A stretch of DNA of 64,000 nucleotides from Patescibacteria group bacterium (GTDB lineage: Bacteria; Patescibacteriota; Patescibacteriia; XYB2-FULL-38-15): NCBI GenBank assembly GCA_041737355.1, contig JBGSRW010000008.1, positions 24,466-88,465 on the forward strand, read 5' to 3'. The translations under genes were made by a program, and so were the position numbers. Shown here piece after piece: positions 45,965 through 54,716 of this stretch. Below the pieces are notes generated by a model. It saw only the letters and a program-made list of their open reading frames with translations. It ran no database searches and was not told the origin of the DNA. Each line of letters starts with the position of its first letter. The stretch's first letter is position 1.

Positions 45965-46345
45965 TTATTTGATTTTTAGAAATGACTTAACTTTGGCGAA
46001 TAGAAGGGGATAGGTTTTCTTAATTCGCGGAGCGGACAAGACCTTCTTGATTGATACAGCGGTTCCTTTTGGAATGATGACGTTTTTTGGGAATTGGTCG
46101 CTGGTAAAATCAATTTCTTTACCGTTTGGCAGGCGATTCCAGAAGTGGGACATAAACGGCCGTTTTCTGATGACGGCGTAAAGGATTTTTCCGCCAAGTA
46201 ATTTTTGGACAACCGCAGAGGTTACCCGGCATTGGTCGGCGGCAGGATTTTTAGGATTAAACCTTCCGGTCCAGGAAGTTTCTTTGCCCCAAGAGGCCCG
46301 AAGCGCCAGACCAAGTTTTTTTTGATTTATTTTTCCAGAAGCCAT
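45965..46345 (-). CDS. YunG-like hypothetical protein
   Basis: ASWGKETSWTGRFNPKNPAADQCRVTSAVVQKLLGG resembles the Bacillus YunG family (AWSxETS...NPxxGQCxVT). Confidence 0.4.
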   Translation of the reverse strand: MASGKINQKKLGLALRASWGKETSWTGRFNPKNPAADQCRVTSAVVQKLLGGKILYAVIRKRPFMSHFWNRLPNGKEIDFTSDQFPKNVIIPKGTAVSIKKVLSAPRIKKTYPLLFAKVKSFLKIK

Positions 46346-46381
46346 TTAAAAATATAATTAATTGACCTTTAAATTTAAATT

Positions 46382-46390
46382 TGCTATAGT
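46382..46390 (+). promoter_or_regulatory. Extended -10 TGCTATAGT upstream of GC-rich noncoding element
   Basis: TGnTATAGT. Lies in the divergent intergenic region. Confidence 0.35.
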
Positions 46391-46396
46391 TTAATC

Positions 46397-46652
46397 AACT
46401 TGGAGCAGTCAGACTGGCAAGGGCTGCTCGCGCGCCGCGAAGCATGTTTCGGGCGCCAAGTTCTGCTAACCACCAGTTGCGGGGCTAAGTAGCGACGAGC
46501 GAAAAGCCTGCAATACCGCCCGCAGCGACCCGCTGAACCTCGCGGATCGCGAGCCGAGCATCCCTGCGCACCATGGGTAAAGTCCGACGTCACGTCGACG
46601 CGGTACCGTGGCTGAGCGCGAACTAATGCTCACTGGTGGTTTATTTTTTTTG
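46397..46652 (+). ncRNA. Candidate stand-alone structured ncRNA (about 255 nt, about 60% GC), identity unresolved
   Basis: No ORF. GC-rich island in an AT-rich genome. Long-range inverted repeat ACCACCAG (46470s) / CTGGTGGT (46634-46642). Local hairpins GAGCAG...CTGCTC and CGACG-TCA-CGTCG. Ends in GGTGGTTTATTTTTTTT. Upstream -10, and a separate promoter for the next gene follows. Confidence 0.3.
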
Positions 46653-46670
46653 GCTTAATTAAAATTTTTA

Positions 46671-46679
46671 TGTTATGAT
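46671..46679 (+). promoter_or_regulatory. Extended -10 TGTTATGAT upstream of the helicase-nuclease gene
   Basis: TGnTATGAT 43 nt before ATG 46722. Confidence 0.35.
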
Positions 46680-46721
46680 TTCTTAAAGAATTTTAGCAAA
46701 AATCAGGCTAAAAAGCAATTT

Positions 46722-49640
46722 ATGGCCGAGGATTTGTTGAAGGATTTAAACCAGGCGCAAAAGGAGGCGGTATCCCATGAAGAGGGGCCGCTTTTGATTG
46801 TGGCCGGCGCGGGGACAGGGAAAACAACCGTCATCACGCGGCGGCTGGCTTTTTTGATTTTGGAAAAGAAAATAAAGCCGGACGAAGTATTGGCACTCAC
46901 TTTTACGGAAAAGGCGGCCGGAGAAATGGAAGAGCGGGCCGACCAGCTTTTGCCTTACGGTTATGTTGATCTCTGGATTTCAACTTTTCATTCTTTTTGC
47001 GAGCGGATTTTAAAAGACCACGCGATCGAGATCGGTTTGCCGGGTGATTTTAAATTATTAAACCAGACCGGGCAATGGTTGCTCGTGCGCCAGAATCTGG
47101 AAAGGTTCAATCTTGATTATTACCGGCCGCTCGGCAATCCGACAAAATTTATCCATACCCTACTGAAACATTTTAGTCGGGCCAAGGATGAAGAGATCTG
47201 GCCGGAAAATTATCTTGATTACGCGGAAAATTTAAAACTTAATAAAGACAGCGCAATTGCCGAAGACAAAGACCGCCTCCTTGAAGTTGCGAGCGCCTAT
47301 CACGCTTACCAGCAATTGCTTTTGGAAAATAATGCCTTGGATTTTGGCGACCTGATAAATTATACCTTAAAACTTTTTCGTACCCGGCCGGCTATTTTGG
47401 AAAAATACCGGCAAAAGTTTAAGTATATTTTGGTCGACGAATTTCAGGATACCAATTGGGCGCAGTACGAGCTGATTAAAATGCTTGCCGCGCCCAAGAA
47501 CAATTTAACCGTGGTGGGCGACGACGATCAGTCGATTTATAAATTCCGTGGCGCCTCTATTTCCAATATTTTGCAATTTAAAAACGATTATCCGGATTGC
47601 CGAGAAATTATTATCACCGACAATTATCGCAACAAACAGAATATTCTCGATCTGGCTTATAAATTTATCAAACAAAATAACCCCAACCGGCTTGAGGCAA
47701 AATTGGGAATTGTAAAAAAGCTTGAGGCGAAGAGAGGGGGGGAGGGAATTGTTGAACATCTTCACGCCAAGACGGCCGACCAGGAGGCACGTACCGTTGC
47801 CGAAAAGATTTTGGAACTTAAAAAATCCGATAATTCTATAGGCTGGCAGGATTTTGCTATTTTGGTCCGGGCGAATAATCAGGCCGAAGCTTTCATGCAA
47901 GTTCTTGATCAATACGGAATTCCGTATCACTTTCTGGCTTCAGCCGGGCTTTATTCCAAGCCGGTGATTCTGGACATCATCGCTTATTTGAAAATGCTGG
48001 ATAATTATCACGAATCGACCGCGCTTTACAGAATTTTAAATATGCCGCTCGTCGATCTGCCTTATGACGATATTGTCGCCCTGAATTATTCTGTACGAAA
48101 AAAGAATTGGTCGCTGTATGAGGCGATGAAAAACGCCGCGGTGGTCGGAGTTTCCGGGGAAAGTTTGCGGAAAATCAATAAACTTCTCGGATTTGTTGAA
48201 CGGCATACGGGAATTGTCCGCGAACACGGCGTGAGTAAAGTGGTTTTCAAGTTTTTGGAGGATTTTAATTATTTGGCCAGTTTGACTAAAAAAGCGGAAA
48301 AAGACGATTTACGGGCGGTGGAAAAAATAAGTTATATCAATCAATTTTTAAAAAAGATAGATGACTTCGAACGGGTAAATACAGATAAATCCGTTAAAAA
48401 TTTTATTCTTGAACTTGAGATGGCGCTTGAATCCGGAGAGGAGGGATCACTGGCTTCGGAATTCGACGAGGGACCTGAAACCGTAAAAATCCTGACGGTT
48501 CACGGGGCAAAGGGTCTGGAATTCAAATATGTTTTTATTGTTAATCTAGTGGACCTTCGTTTTCCGTCTACCGACCGGAAAGAGCCGATAGAATTGCCGA
48601 ACGCCCTGGTAAAAGAAGTCTTGCCCGAGGGTGATATTCATCTTGAGGAAGAGCGTAGATTATTTTATGTCGCCGTGACTCGTGCTAAGGATGGAATATT
48701 TTTTACTTCGGCGGCCGATTACGGCGGCCAGCGGAAAAAGAAATTGTCCCGCTTCCTGGTCGAGCTTGGATTTGTCGCGCCGGAAATAAAAAATCCGACC
48801 GGCAATGTTTATTTCGACGAGGATACTGCCGTAAAGACAGAGGGCGTGGTCAAAAAAAGAATCTGGATTCCAAGCAAGTTCAGCTTTACCCAGCTTAAGG
48901 CGTTTGAAACCTGTCCGCTGCAATACAAATTCGCCCACGTGTTGGTCGTGCCGACGCGCGGTAAGTTTACTTTCAGTTTTGGGAAAACCATGCACGGGAC
49001 CTTGCAGAAATTTTTCGACCAGATAATTAAAAAAACAAATCATCAGCAGACAAGCTTGTTCGGAGAAGTTCCGGCGGAAGAAACAAACGGGTTATCGGTT
49101 GAAAGTCTTATTAAGCTTTACGATGAAAGCTGGATCGGCGATTGGTATGAAAGCAAAAGCCACGAAGAGGAATATAGGAAACTTGGCCGGGACAAACTCA
49201 AGGAATTTTATAAAATTCACGAAGGCAAATGGCCAAAAACAAAATTCCTAGAAAAGGGATTTAATCTTAAGATAGGGGATTACACGGTGCGTGGCGTGAT
49301 TGACCGGATTGACGAGATTCCCGGCGGCGTAGAAATTGTTGATTATAAAACTGGCAGCGTGCCCAAGGACGAAAAATTTTTGGATAAAGACCAGCTTTTG
49401 ATTTATCAGGCCGCAGCGAGCGAAGTATTGGGCGAAAAGCCGGCTCTTTTGAGTTATTATTATCTTGGAGCAAATCAAAAAATGTCTTTTATCGGCACGG
49501 ATGAGGAAGTCGGGGAAATAAAAGAAAAAATAATTGAAACTATCGAGGAAATTAAAAAAAGCGATTTTTCTCCCAAGCCGAGCTTGTTCAGCTGCAAGAA
49601 TTGCGATTTTAAGGATATTTGCGAACATCGAATCCTCTAA
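46722..49640 (+). CDS. UvrD/PcrA-family helicase fused to a C-terminal RecB/Cas4-like PD-(D/E)xK nuclease with 4-Cys cluster (AddA-like)
   Basis: Helicase motifs GAGTGKT, DEFQDT, QNYRS. C-terminal domain has FETCPLQYKF...GVIDRIDEI...DYKTG...QLLIYQ...CKNCDFKDIC. 972 aa. Confidence 0.8.
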   Translation: MAEDLLKDLNQAQKEAVSHEEGPLLIVAGAGTGKTTVITRRLAFLILEKKIKPDEVLALTFTEKAAGEMEERADQLLPYGYVDLWISTFHSFCERILKDHAIEIGLPGDFKLLNQTGQWLLVRQNLERFNLDYYRPLGNPTKFIHTLLKHFSRAKDEEIWPENYLDYAENLKLNKDSAIAEDKDRLLEVASAYHAYQQLLLENNALDFGDLINYTLKLFRTRPAILEKYRQKFKYILVDEFQDTNWAQYELIKMLAAPKNNLTVVGDDDQSIYKFRGASISNILQFKNDYPDCREIIITDNYRNKQNILDLAYKFIKQNNPNRLEAKLGIVKKLEAKRGGEGIVEHLHAKTADQEARTVAEKILELKKSDNSIGWQDFAILVRANNQAEAFMQVLDQYGIPYHFLASAGLYSKPVILDIIAYLKMLDNYHESTALYRILNMPLVDLPYDDIVALNYSVRKKNWSLYEAMKNAAVVGVSGESLRKINKLLGFVERHTGIVREHGVSKVVFKFLEDFNYLASLTKKAEKDDLRAVEKISYINQFLKKIDDFERVNTDKSVKNFILELEMALESGEEGSLASEFDEGPETVKILTVHGAKGLEFKYVFIVNLVDLRFPSTDRKEPIELPNALVKEVLPEGDIHLEEERRLFYVAVTRAKDGIFFTSAADYGGQRKKKLSRFLVELGFVAPEIKNPTGNVYFDEDTAVKTEGVVKKRIWIPSKFSFTQLKAFETCPLQYKFAHVLVVPTRGKFTFSFGKTMHGTLQKFFDQIIKKTNHQQTSLFGEVPAEETNGLSVESLIKLYDESWIGDWYESKSHEEEYRKLGRDKLKEFYKIHEGKWPKTKFLEKGFNLKIGDYTVRGVIDRIDEIPGGVEIVDYKTGSVPKDEKFLDKDQLLIYQAAASEVLGEKPALLSYYYLGANQKMSFIGTDEEVGEIKEKIIETIEEIKKSDFSPKPSLFSCKNCDFKDICEHRIL

Positions 49641-49646
49641 AACAAT

Positions 49647-49943
49647 ATGTCATTCACTCCGCTCAGAAGTATTTTAGCCCAGAACGTCCGCGAGGCGGGA
49701 ATCGGCCACCAGGTTTTAGCCGCCCGGATAATTGAAACATTCAATCAAATTATTGAAGAAACTTTCGGATTGGGATTTTCAAAAAAAGCCAAGGCCATGT
49801 CTTTGCGCAGCAAGACTTTGGCTGTTAGTTGTCTTTCCTCGGTTATTGCTCAGGAAATCTATCTGAAACGCAATAAAATTATCAGGGAGTTGAACCGGCG
49901 GGTCGGCGGGGAAGCAGTAGAGGCGCTAAAATTTAAGATGTAG
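49647..49943 (+). CDS. DUF721/DciA-like small protein
   Basis: 98 aa. LAARIIETFNQ...KTLAVSCLSSVIAQEIYLKRNKIIRELN pattern resembles DciA. Immediately downstream of the helicase gene. Confidence 0.4.
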   Translation: MSFTPLRSILAQNVREAGIGHQVLAARIIETFNQIIEETFGLGFSKKAKAMSLRSKTLAVSCLSSVIAQEIYLKRNKIIRELNRRVGGEAVEALKFKM

Positions 49944-49948
49944 AAAGG

Positions 49949-49977
49949 GTTGACAAAGAGTCAAAAATATGTTAGAT
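49949..49977 (+). promoter_or_regulatory. Sigma70-type promoter TTGACA-17-TAGATT (with TGT extension)
   Basis: TTGACA at 49949-49954, TAGATT at 49972-49977. Confidence 0.45.
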
Positions 49978-50096
49978 TTATATAAGGCATAATTAAGTGC
50001 CAAAAAGTCTTTTTTAACTTAAAATAACACTAATTGTCACGCCGGCTCGATCTTCGCTATAAGCGATTTTCAGGCCAAAATGTGACTTATAAAATT

Positions 50097-50432
50097 ATGA
50101 GAGAAGGAATGGGAACGTCTGAACGAGTAAGGGAGCAGATGGGCTTGCCTAAAGACGCCGAAGAAACGGTTAAAATGTTAAGGGAGGCGTTTGAGGGCCC
50201 AGAGTCGAAACGAGAGCAAAGAGTCCAAATTTTGAAAGAACAAATTGACAATTTACTGGAATCGGCTTTTGATACGAATTCCGGTTTGAATGATGGACAG
50301 AGAAATAGTCTCAAAACGACAGCGAAAGAGTTGCAAGATCAGCTGGATGGCGAAGAGCAAAAATGGAATGATCTCAAAAATCAACTTACGGAAATAGGGT
50401 GGTTTGGAGAAGAAGGGCACACTCTTCACTAA
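50097..50432 (+). CDS. Hypothetical acidic coiled-coil protein (111 aa)
   Basis: Start taken at MREGMGTSERV. Higher GC. Followed by bidirectional terminator. Confidence 0.45.
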   Translation: MREGMGTSERVREQMGLPKDAEETVKMLREAFEGPESKREQRVQILKEQIDNLLESAFDTNSGLNDGQRNSLKTTAKELQDQLDGEEQKWNDLKNQLTEIGWFGEEGHTLH

Positions 50433-50440
50433 AAGAATTT

Positions 50441-50484
50441 AAAAAAAGAGAGGCGTTTGTCTTACGGGACAGGCGCCTCTTTTG
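50441..50484. terminator. Bidirectional rho-independent terminator between convergent genes
   Basis: AAAAAAA-AGAGGCG-18 nt loop-CGCCTCT-TTTG. A T7 run on the minus strand serves gene 50503-50931. Confidence 0.6.
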
Positions 50485-50502
50485 TTGCGCTATTTCTACC
50501 TC

Positions 50503-50931
50503 CTAATGTACTTCTTGCCGCAGGAAAATTCGAAGTTTTTCGTCGCACAGGACGAAATGAAGACGTTCTCTTTCACCTTCGGCTGCGATATCGATGCAGT
50601 TGACGGCCTCTTCCCTGAGGTCAGTCCAGAGTTTTTCTTCGTGTCCGGGACTCGGCGTCAGGCCGAGGAAAAACCATTTCCGTTTGATCTCCTTCACTTT
50701 GTCGACGTTGCAGACGATTGTCGTGCCGTCGGCCAGCCAGAGGGTCACGAGAAAACCCTCGAACCAATCGAGCGGAAAGATTTCACCGTCTCGTTCGAGG
50801 CGGACGATGAGTTCTTTGATTGCGCCGCCGGTGCGAACAGAAAACATCAATCTATCGATGAGTTTCCCGCCGATCCATTCGGCTCTCTTTTGAGGGAGGG
50901 TTTTCTGCCCTTTGAAGATATTTCGGCTCAT
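50503..50931 (-). CDS. Hypothetical high-GC protein (142 aa), minus strand
   Basis: RBS AAGGAGG 6 nt upstream of the start. High GC. Own promoter and terminator. No recognised motif. Confidence 0.55.
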   Translation of the reverse strand: MSRNIFKGQKTLPQKRAEWIGGKLIDRLMFSVRTGGAIKELIVRLERDGEIFPLDWFEGFLVTLWLADGTTIVCNVDKVKEIKRKWFFLGLTPSPGHEEKLWTDLREEAVNCIDIAAEGERERLHFVLCDEKLRIFLRQEVH

Positions 50932-50985
50932 CGCACACCTCCTTGCGGTGGGCGCGATGCGTATTTCCTGGCTGAAGATTCCCCC

Positions 50986-50999
50986 TTGACTTCAGTCAA
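50986..50999. promoter_or_regulatory. Operator-like inverted repeat TTGACT-TC-AGTCAA in the leader of gene 50503-50931
   Basis: Perfect 6-bp arms with a 2-nt spacer. Lies between the promoter at 51030-51051 and the RBS. Confidence 0.3.
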
Positions 51000-51029
51000 A
51001 GCCACACGCTTCGCAGCCGTTTACCTTAT

Positions 51030-51051
51030 ATTATATCAAAGATTTTGTCAA
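51030..51051 (-). promoter_or_regulatory. Promoter on minus strand: CTTGACAAAATCT followed by TGATATAAT
   Basis: Extended -10 TGaTATAAT (51030-51038). The TTGACA at 51046-51051 is only 10 nt upstream, too close for a standard -35, so it may instead be a shared binding motif. The same 13-mer CTTGACAAAATCT is present at 3766-3778. Confidence 0.4.
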
Positions 51052-51086
51052 GAGATGAGGTGCGATTTGCGGAAATAGCTTTATTT

Positions 51087-51095
51087 TGCTATACT
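51087..51095 (+). promoter_or_regulatory. Extended -10 TGCTATACT upstream of membrane protein gene
   Basis: TGnTATACT about 35 nt upstream of ATG 51129. Confidence 0.35.
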
Positions 51096-51128
51096 TTTTA
51101 TGAAATATAACTGTAAACTTAAGGCTTT

Positions 51129-51509
51129 ATGACCCTAAGGCAATATTTGATTTTAATGACAATCAGCGCCATTTTTTGCTGGGCTATCTGGATTTTCGTT
51201 CTTTTCACCATCGATCCGACAACAGCCGGGGTTTTGGGCTTTAGCTTCTTCTATCTTAGTTTATTTTTATCGCTCGCCGGGACGATGTCCGTTTTGGGGC
51301 TGATTTTCCGGATGAAATTCGGAAAAGATGAAGCTGTTTTCCGGACGGTGACAACCTCTTTCCGCCAAGCAACAATGCTCAGTCTTTTGCTAATCGGCGG
51401 ATTGTTTTTGAAGAGTAAAAATCTTCTGGCCTGGTGGAATATAATTCTTTTGGTTTTAGCCCTGACTATCCTGGAGATGTTTTTTGTCTCATACCAAAAA
51501 AGGAAATAA
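51129..51509 (+). CDS. Hypothetical integral membrane protein (4 TM)
   Basis: 126 aa, hydrophobic. Confidence 0.5.
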   Translation: MTLRQYLILMTISAIFCWAIWIFVLFTIDPTTAGVLGFSFFYLSLFLSLAGTMSVLGLIFRMKFGKDEAVFRTVTTSFRQATMLSLLLIGGLFLKSKNLLAWWNIILLVLALTILEMFFVSYQKRK

Positions 51510-51529
51510 TTTATTTTAAATAAGTTAAA

Positions 51530-52786
51530 ATGCTACAATCAAAACTTTTTTATAAAACGTCGAAAGAAATTTCTGGGGAAGAAAAAAGCGCGAACGCCCA
51601 GCTTCTGGTTCGGGCCGGGTTTGTTGATAAATTGATGGCCGGAGCCTATACATATCTGCCGCTCGGGCTTAGGGTTTTGGATAAAATAAAAAAAATTATC
51701 CGCGAGGAAATGAACGCTATCGGCGGTCAAGAGATTTTAATGCCGGCGCTTACTCCTAAGGAAAATTGGATGAAGACGGGACGCTGGGAGGGGATCGATG
51801 TTCTCTTCAGATTCAAAGGGGCGGGAGACAAGGAGTATGCCCTGGGTTCAACTCATGAAGAAATAGTTACGCCTCTTGTTAAAAAAATGATAAATTCCTA
51901 CAAAGATTTGCCGGTGGCTGTTTATCAGATTCAGGATAAATTTAGGGACGAGCCGAGAGCTAAATCCGGTTTACTTCGCGGGCGGGAATTCTCCATGAAA
52001 GATCTTTACAGTTTCCATTCCGACGAGGCCGATCTCGATGTTTATTACGAAAAAGTAAAAGAATCATATCTCAGAATTTTTAAACGCTGCAATCTTGACG
52101 CCATCGTTACCGAGGCTTCGGGAGGAACTTTTTCAAAATATTCTCACGAGTTCCAGATTTTGACGGAAAGCGGTGAAGATATTATTTTTTATTGTAAAAA
52201 ATGCTTCTACGCCCAAAACAGGGAAGTCGCCGAGTACAAAAAAGGAGACAATTGTCCGAAATGTGGCGGTGAAATGGATGAGGGCAAGGCTATAGAAATA
52301 GGAAATATTTTTAAATTGAAAACAAAATTTTCCGAAGCCTTTGATTTGAATTTTTTGGATAAAGAAGGTAAAAAAAGGTTGGCAATCATGGGTTGTTATG
52401 GCATAGGGCCGAGCCGGGTGATGGGCAGTATTGTGGAGGTTTCACATGACGACAGGGGAATTATTTGGCCGGAAGAGATAGCCCCTTTTGACGTTCACCT
52501 CATTGCCCTTTATGGCAAAAATGAGAAAAGCAACGGGGAGATAAGAAAGCAGGCAGAAAGACTTTTTGAGTCTTTACAAAAAGAGGGTTTTGACGTATTA
52601 TATGATGATCGCGAAGAAGTAAGCGCCGGGGTAAAATTCGGCGAAGCCGACCTTTTCGGCATTCCGTTGAGGCTTGTAATAAGCGAAAAAACCTTGTCCG
52701 CGGAAAGCGTTGAACTGAAGAAAAGATCCGGTCTTGAGCCGGAAATAGTAAAGCTAAGTCAGATTATAAAGAAAATAAAAAAATAA
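51530..52786 (+). CDS. proS: Prolyl-tRNA synthetase, short form lacking the INS editing domain
   Basis: LLVRAGFVDKLMAGAYTYLPLGLRVLDKIKKIIREEMNAIGGQEILMPAL...YQIQDKFRDEPRAKSGLLRGREFSMKDLYSFH matches bacterial ProRS motifs 1 and 2. About 40-aa CxxC...CxxC insert replaces INS. 418 aa. Confidence 0.85.
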   Translation: MLQSKLFYKTSKEISGEEKSANAQLLVRAGFVDKLMAGAYTYLPLGLRVLDKIKKIIREEMNAIGGQEILMPALTPKENWMKTGRWEGIDVLFRFKGAGDKEYALGSTHEEIVTPLVKKMINSYKDLPVAVYQIQDKFRDEPRAKSGLLRGREFSMKDLYSFHSDEADLDVYYEKVKESYLRIFKRCNLDAIVTEASGGTFSKYSHEFQILTESGEDIIFYCKKCFYAQNREVAEYKKGDNCPKCGGEMDEGKAIEIGNIFKLKTKFSEAFDLNFLDKEGKKRLAIMGCYGIGPSRVMGSIVEVSHDDRGIIWPEEIAPFDVHLIALYGKNEKSNGEIRKQAERLFESLQKEGFDVLYDDREEVSAGVKFGEADLFGIPLRLVISEKTLSAESVELKKRSGLEPEIVKLSQIIKKIKK

Positions 52787-52787
52787 C

Positions 52788-53843
52788 ATGTTTAACAAGC
52801 TGCTGGGCCGGTTTTCCCGCGATTTAGGGATAGATCTCGGTACGGCCAATACAAAGGTATATGTTAAAGACAAGGGTATCGTCATCAACGAACCCTCGGT
52901 TGTCGCGGTGAATACCCGGACCGGACAGATTTTGGCGATAGGCGAAGACGCAAAGAAAATGTTGGGAAAAACTCCTCCCCATATTGTCGCTTCGCGTCCG
53001 ATTGTTGATGGTATTATTTCCGATTTTGAAGTAACGGAAAAAATGCTCAAATATTTTATAGACAAAGTTCATCAGGATGGATTTACAATTTTGCCGCGTC
53101 CTCGGGTGGCGATCGGCATACCGCTTGACATTACCGAAGTTGAGAGAAAAGCGGTTGAAGATGCGGCTCTTTCCGCCGGCGCCCGTGAAGTTTTTCTGAT
53201 TGAAAAATCAATGGCCTCGGCAATCGGCGCAAGGTTACCAATAGCCGATGCCATAGGCAATATTATTATTGATATTGGGGAGGGAACTACGGAAATAGCG
53301 ATTATAGCTCTTTCGGGAGTTGTTACCTGGAAAACCTTGAGAATCGCCGGCGAGGAAATGAACAAAAATATTATTCAATATGGCCGGGACGTTTTTAGCC
53401 TGCTTCTGGGGGAGAAGATGGCCGAAGAAATTAAAATTAAAATTGGTTCAGCTTCGGAGCTCAAGGAACCAATGGCGACGGAAATGCGCGGAAGAGATCT
53501 GATAACCGGTTTACCGAAATCAGTAACCGTGAACGATCATCAAATTAGGGATGCTCTCGGTCGGTCGACCAAGCAAATTATTGATGGAATCAAAGCGACC
53601 CTGGAAGTAACTCCGCCTGAACTTTTAGCCGATATTTTTGAAAGAGGTATGGTTCTGACCGGCGGAGGAGCTTTGCTTCGCGGAATTGACCAGGCCATCA
53701 CCCGGGCAACCGGTATCCCGGTCAGGATTGCCGACGATCCGGTAACTTGTACCGTGCGGGGGACCGGTCTACTTTTAGAAAATTTGCCCCTGTTGCAAGA
53801 GATCGCCATCCCTTCAACCCAAGAAGAGGGAAAGAGAAGGTAG
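52788..53843 (+). CDS. mreB: Rod shape-determining protein MreB
   Basis: DLGIDLGTANTKVYV... actin fold, 351 aa. Confidence 0.9.
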   Translation: MFNKLLGRFSRDLGIDLGTANTKVYVKDKGIVINEPSVVAVNTRTGQILAIGEDAKKMLGKTPPHIVASRPIVDGIISDFEVTEKMLKYFIDKVHQDGFTILPRPRVAIGIPLDITEVERKAVEDAALSAGAREVFLIEKSMASAIGARLPIADAIGNIIIDIGEGTTEIAIIALSGVVTWKTLRIAGEEMNKNIIQYGRDVFSLLLGEKMAEEIKIKIGSASELKEPMATEMRGRDLITGLPKSVTVNDHQIRDALGRSTKQIIDGIKATLEVTPPELLADIFERGMVLTGGGALLRGIDQAITRATGIPVRIADDPVTCTVRGTGLLLENLPLLQEIAIPSTQEEGKRR

Positions 53844-53912
53844 TTTTACATATTTAATTTTTTTACGCAGTTGTCTAATATCTTTGATTATTAGGTTTTT
53901 TTATTTATAAGT

Positions 53913-54707
53913 ATGCGGTGGAAAATTCCAAAATCTGGTTTAATCGTCTTGCTTTTTTTAGTGAGTATTTTAATTCTGTATTACAGCGGAATACTTGTTC
54001 CCGCAGAGAATTTGGCGATAAAAATATTGAGCCCCGTGGGTGGTATTTTTTACCGTTTTGGACAAAAAGTGGAGTCTTTATGGACGCCTCGTATTTCGGA
54101 AGAAGATTACGCCAAGCTTGAATCGGAGAGAAACAAACTTACGGCAAAAAATGTAGAACTGCAATTTCTAAGCCAAGAGAACGAAGAATTGAGAAAAGCT
54201 CTGGCTTTTTCCAAGGAAAACCAAAATAAATTCCTTATAGCCGATATAATCGGGAGGGATCCTCTCTCTGCGGGTTATTTTGTTCTGAATATAGGTCGGG
54301 ACAACGGAGTGCTGGAAAATTATCCAGTTGTTTCGCCGGAGGGAATATTGGTCGGTAAGATTGTCAAGGCCGAAGCGTCCGTTTCCGTTTTTTTGGTTCC
54401 TACGGATATGAATTTTCAAACCGCCGCCACGATTCTCGGCAAATCAAAAAGGGGAACCTCTGGGCTGGTTAAGGGGGAAAAGGGGTTGGGTATAAGCATG
54501 GAGTTTATTCCTCAGGATGAATCAGTAGAAAAGGGAGACATTGTCGCTACCTCAGGCATAGAGCTTAACATGCCGAAAGGGCTTGTTATTGGGCAAGTCG
54601 CCGACGTCCAGAAAGAGGCCAGAGATATTTTTGGCAGAGCAACGATTAGCCCGATGCTTACTTACAATAATCTGAGCATTGTGATGGTTATAGTTCCGCA
54701 GCAATAA
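53913..54707 (+). CDS. mreC: Rod shape-determining protein MreC
   Basis: N-terminal TM, coiled coil (NKLTAKNVELQFLSQENEELRKAL), beta-domain. Operon position. Confidence 0.75.
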   Translation: MRWKIPKSGLIVLLFLVSILILYYSGILVPAENLAIKILSPVGGIFYRFGQKVESLWTPRISEEDYAKLESERNKLTAKNVELQFLSQENEELRKALAFSKENQNKFLIADIIGRDPLSAGYFVLNIGRDNGVLENYPVVSPEGILVGKIVKAEASVSVFLVPTDMNFQTAATILGKSKRGTSGLVKGEKGLGISMEFIPQDESVEKGDIVATSGIELNMPKGLVIGQVADVQKEARDIFGRATISPMLTYNNLSIVMVIVPQQ

Positions 54708-54716
54708 TATTTTTTT

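Noticed and set aside
46397-46652. Assignment of the GC-rich element to RNase P RNA, tmRNA, SRP RNA or a group II intron domain V
   Set aside because: Hallmarks are missing: GGAAAGUCCGGGC / ACAGAAnCCGGCUUA for RNase P, tRNA-like ends and tag ORF for tmRNA, GGAAGGAAGCAGC for SRP, and the 34-nt D5 hairpin. Identity is left open.
51030-51051. Reading TTGACA(51046-51051)-TATAAT(51030-51035) as a canonical -35/-10 pair
   Set aside because: Spacer is only 10 nt. The extended -10 TGaTATAAT probably functions alone. The TTGACA-containing 13-mer is instead flagged as a shared motif.
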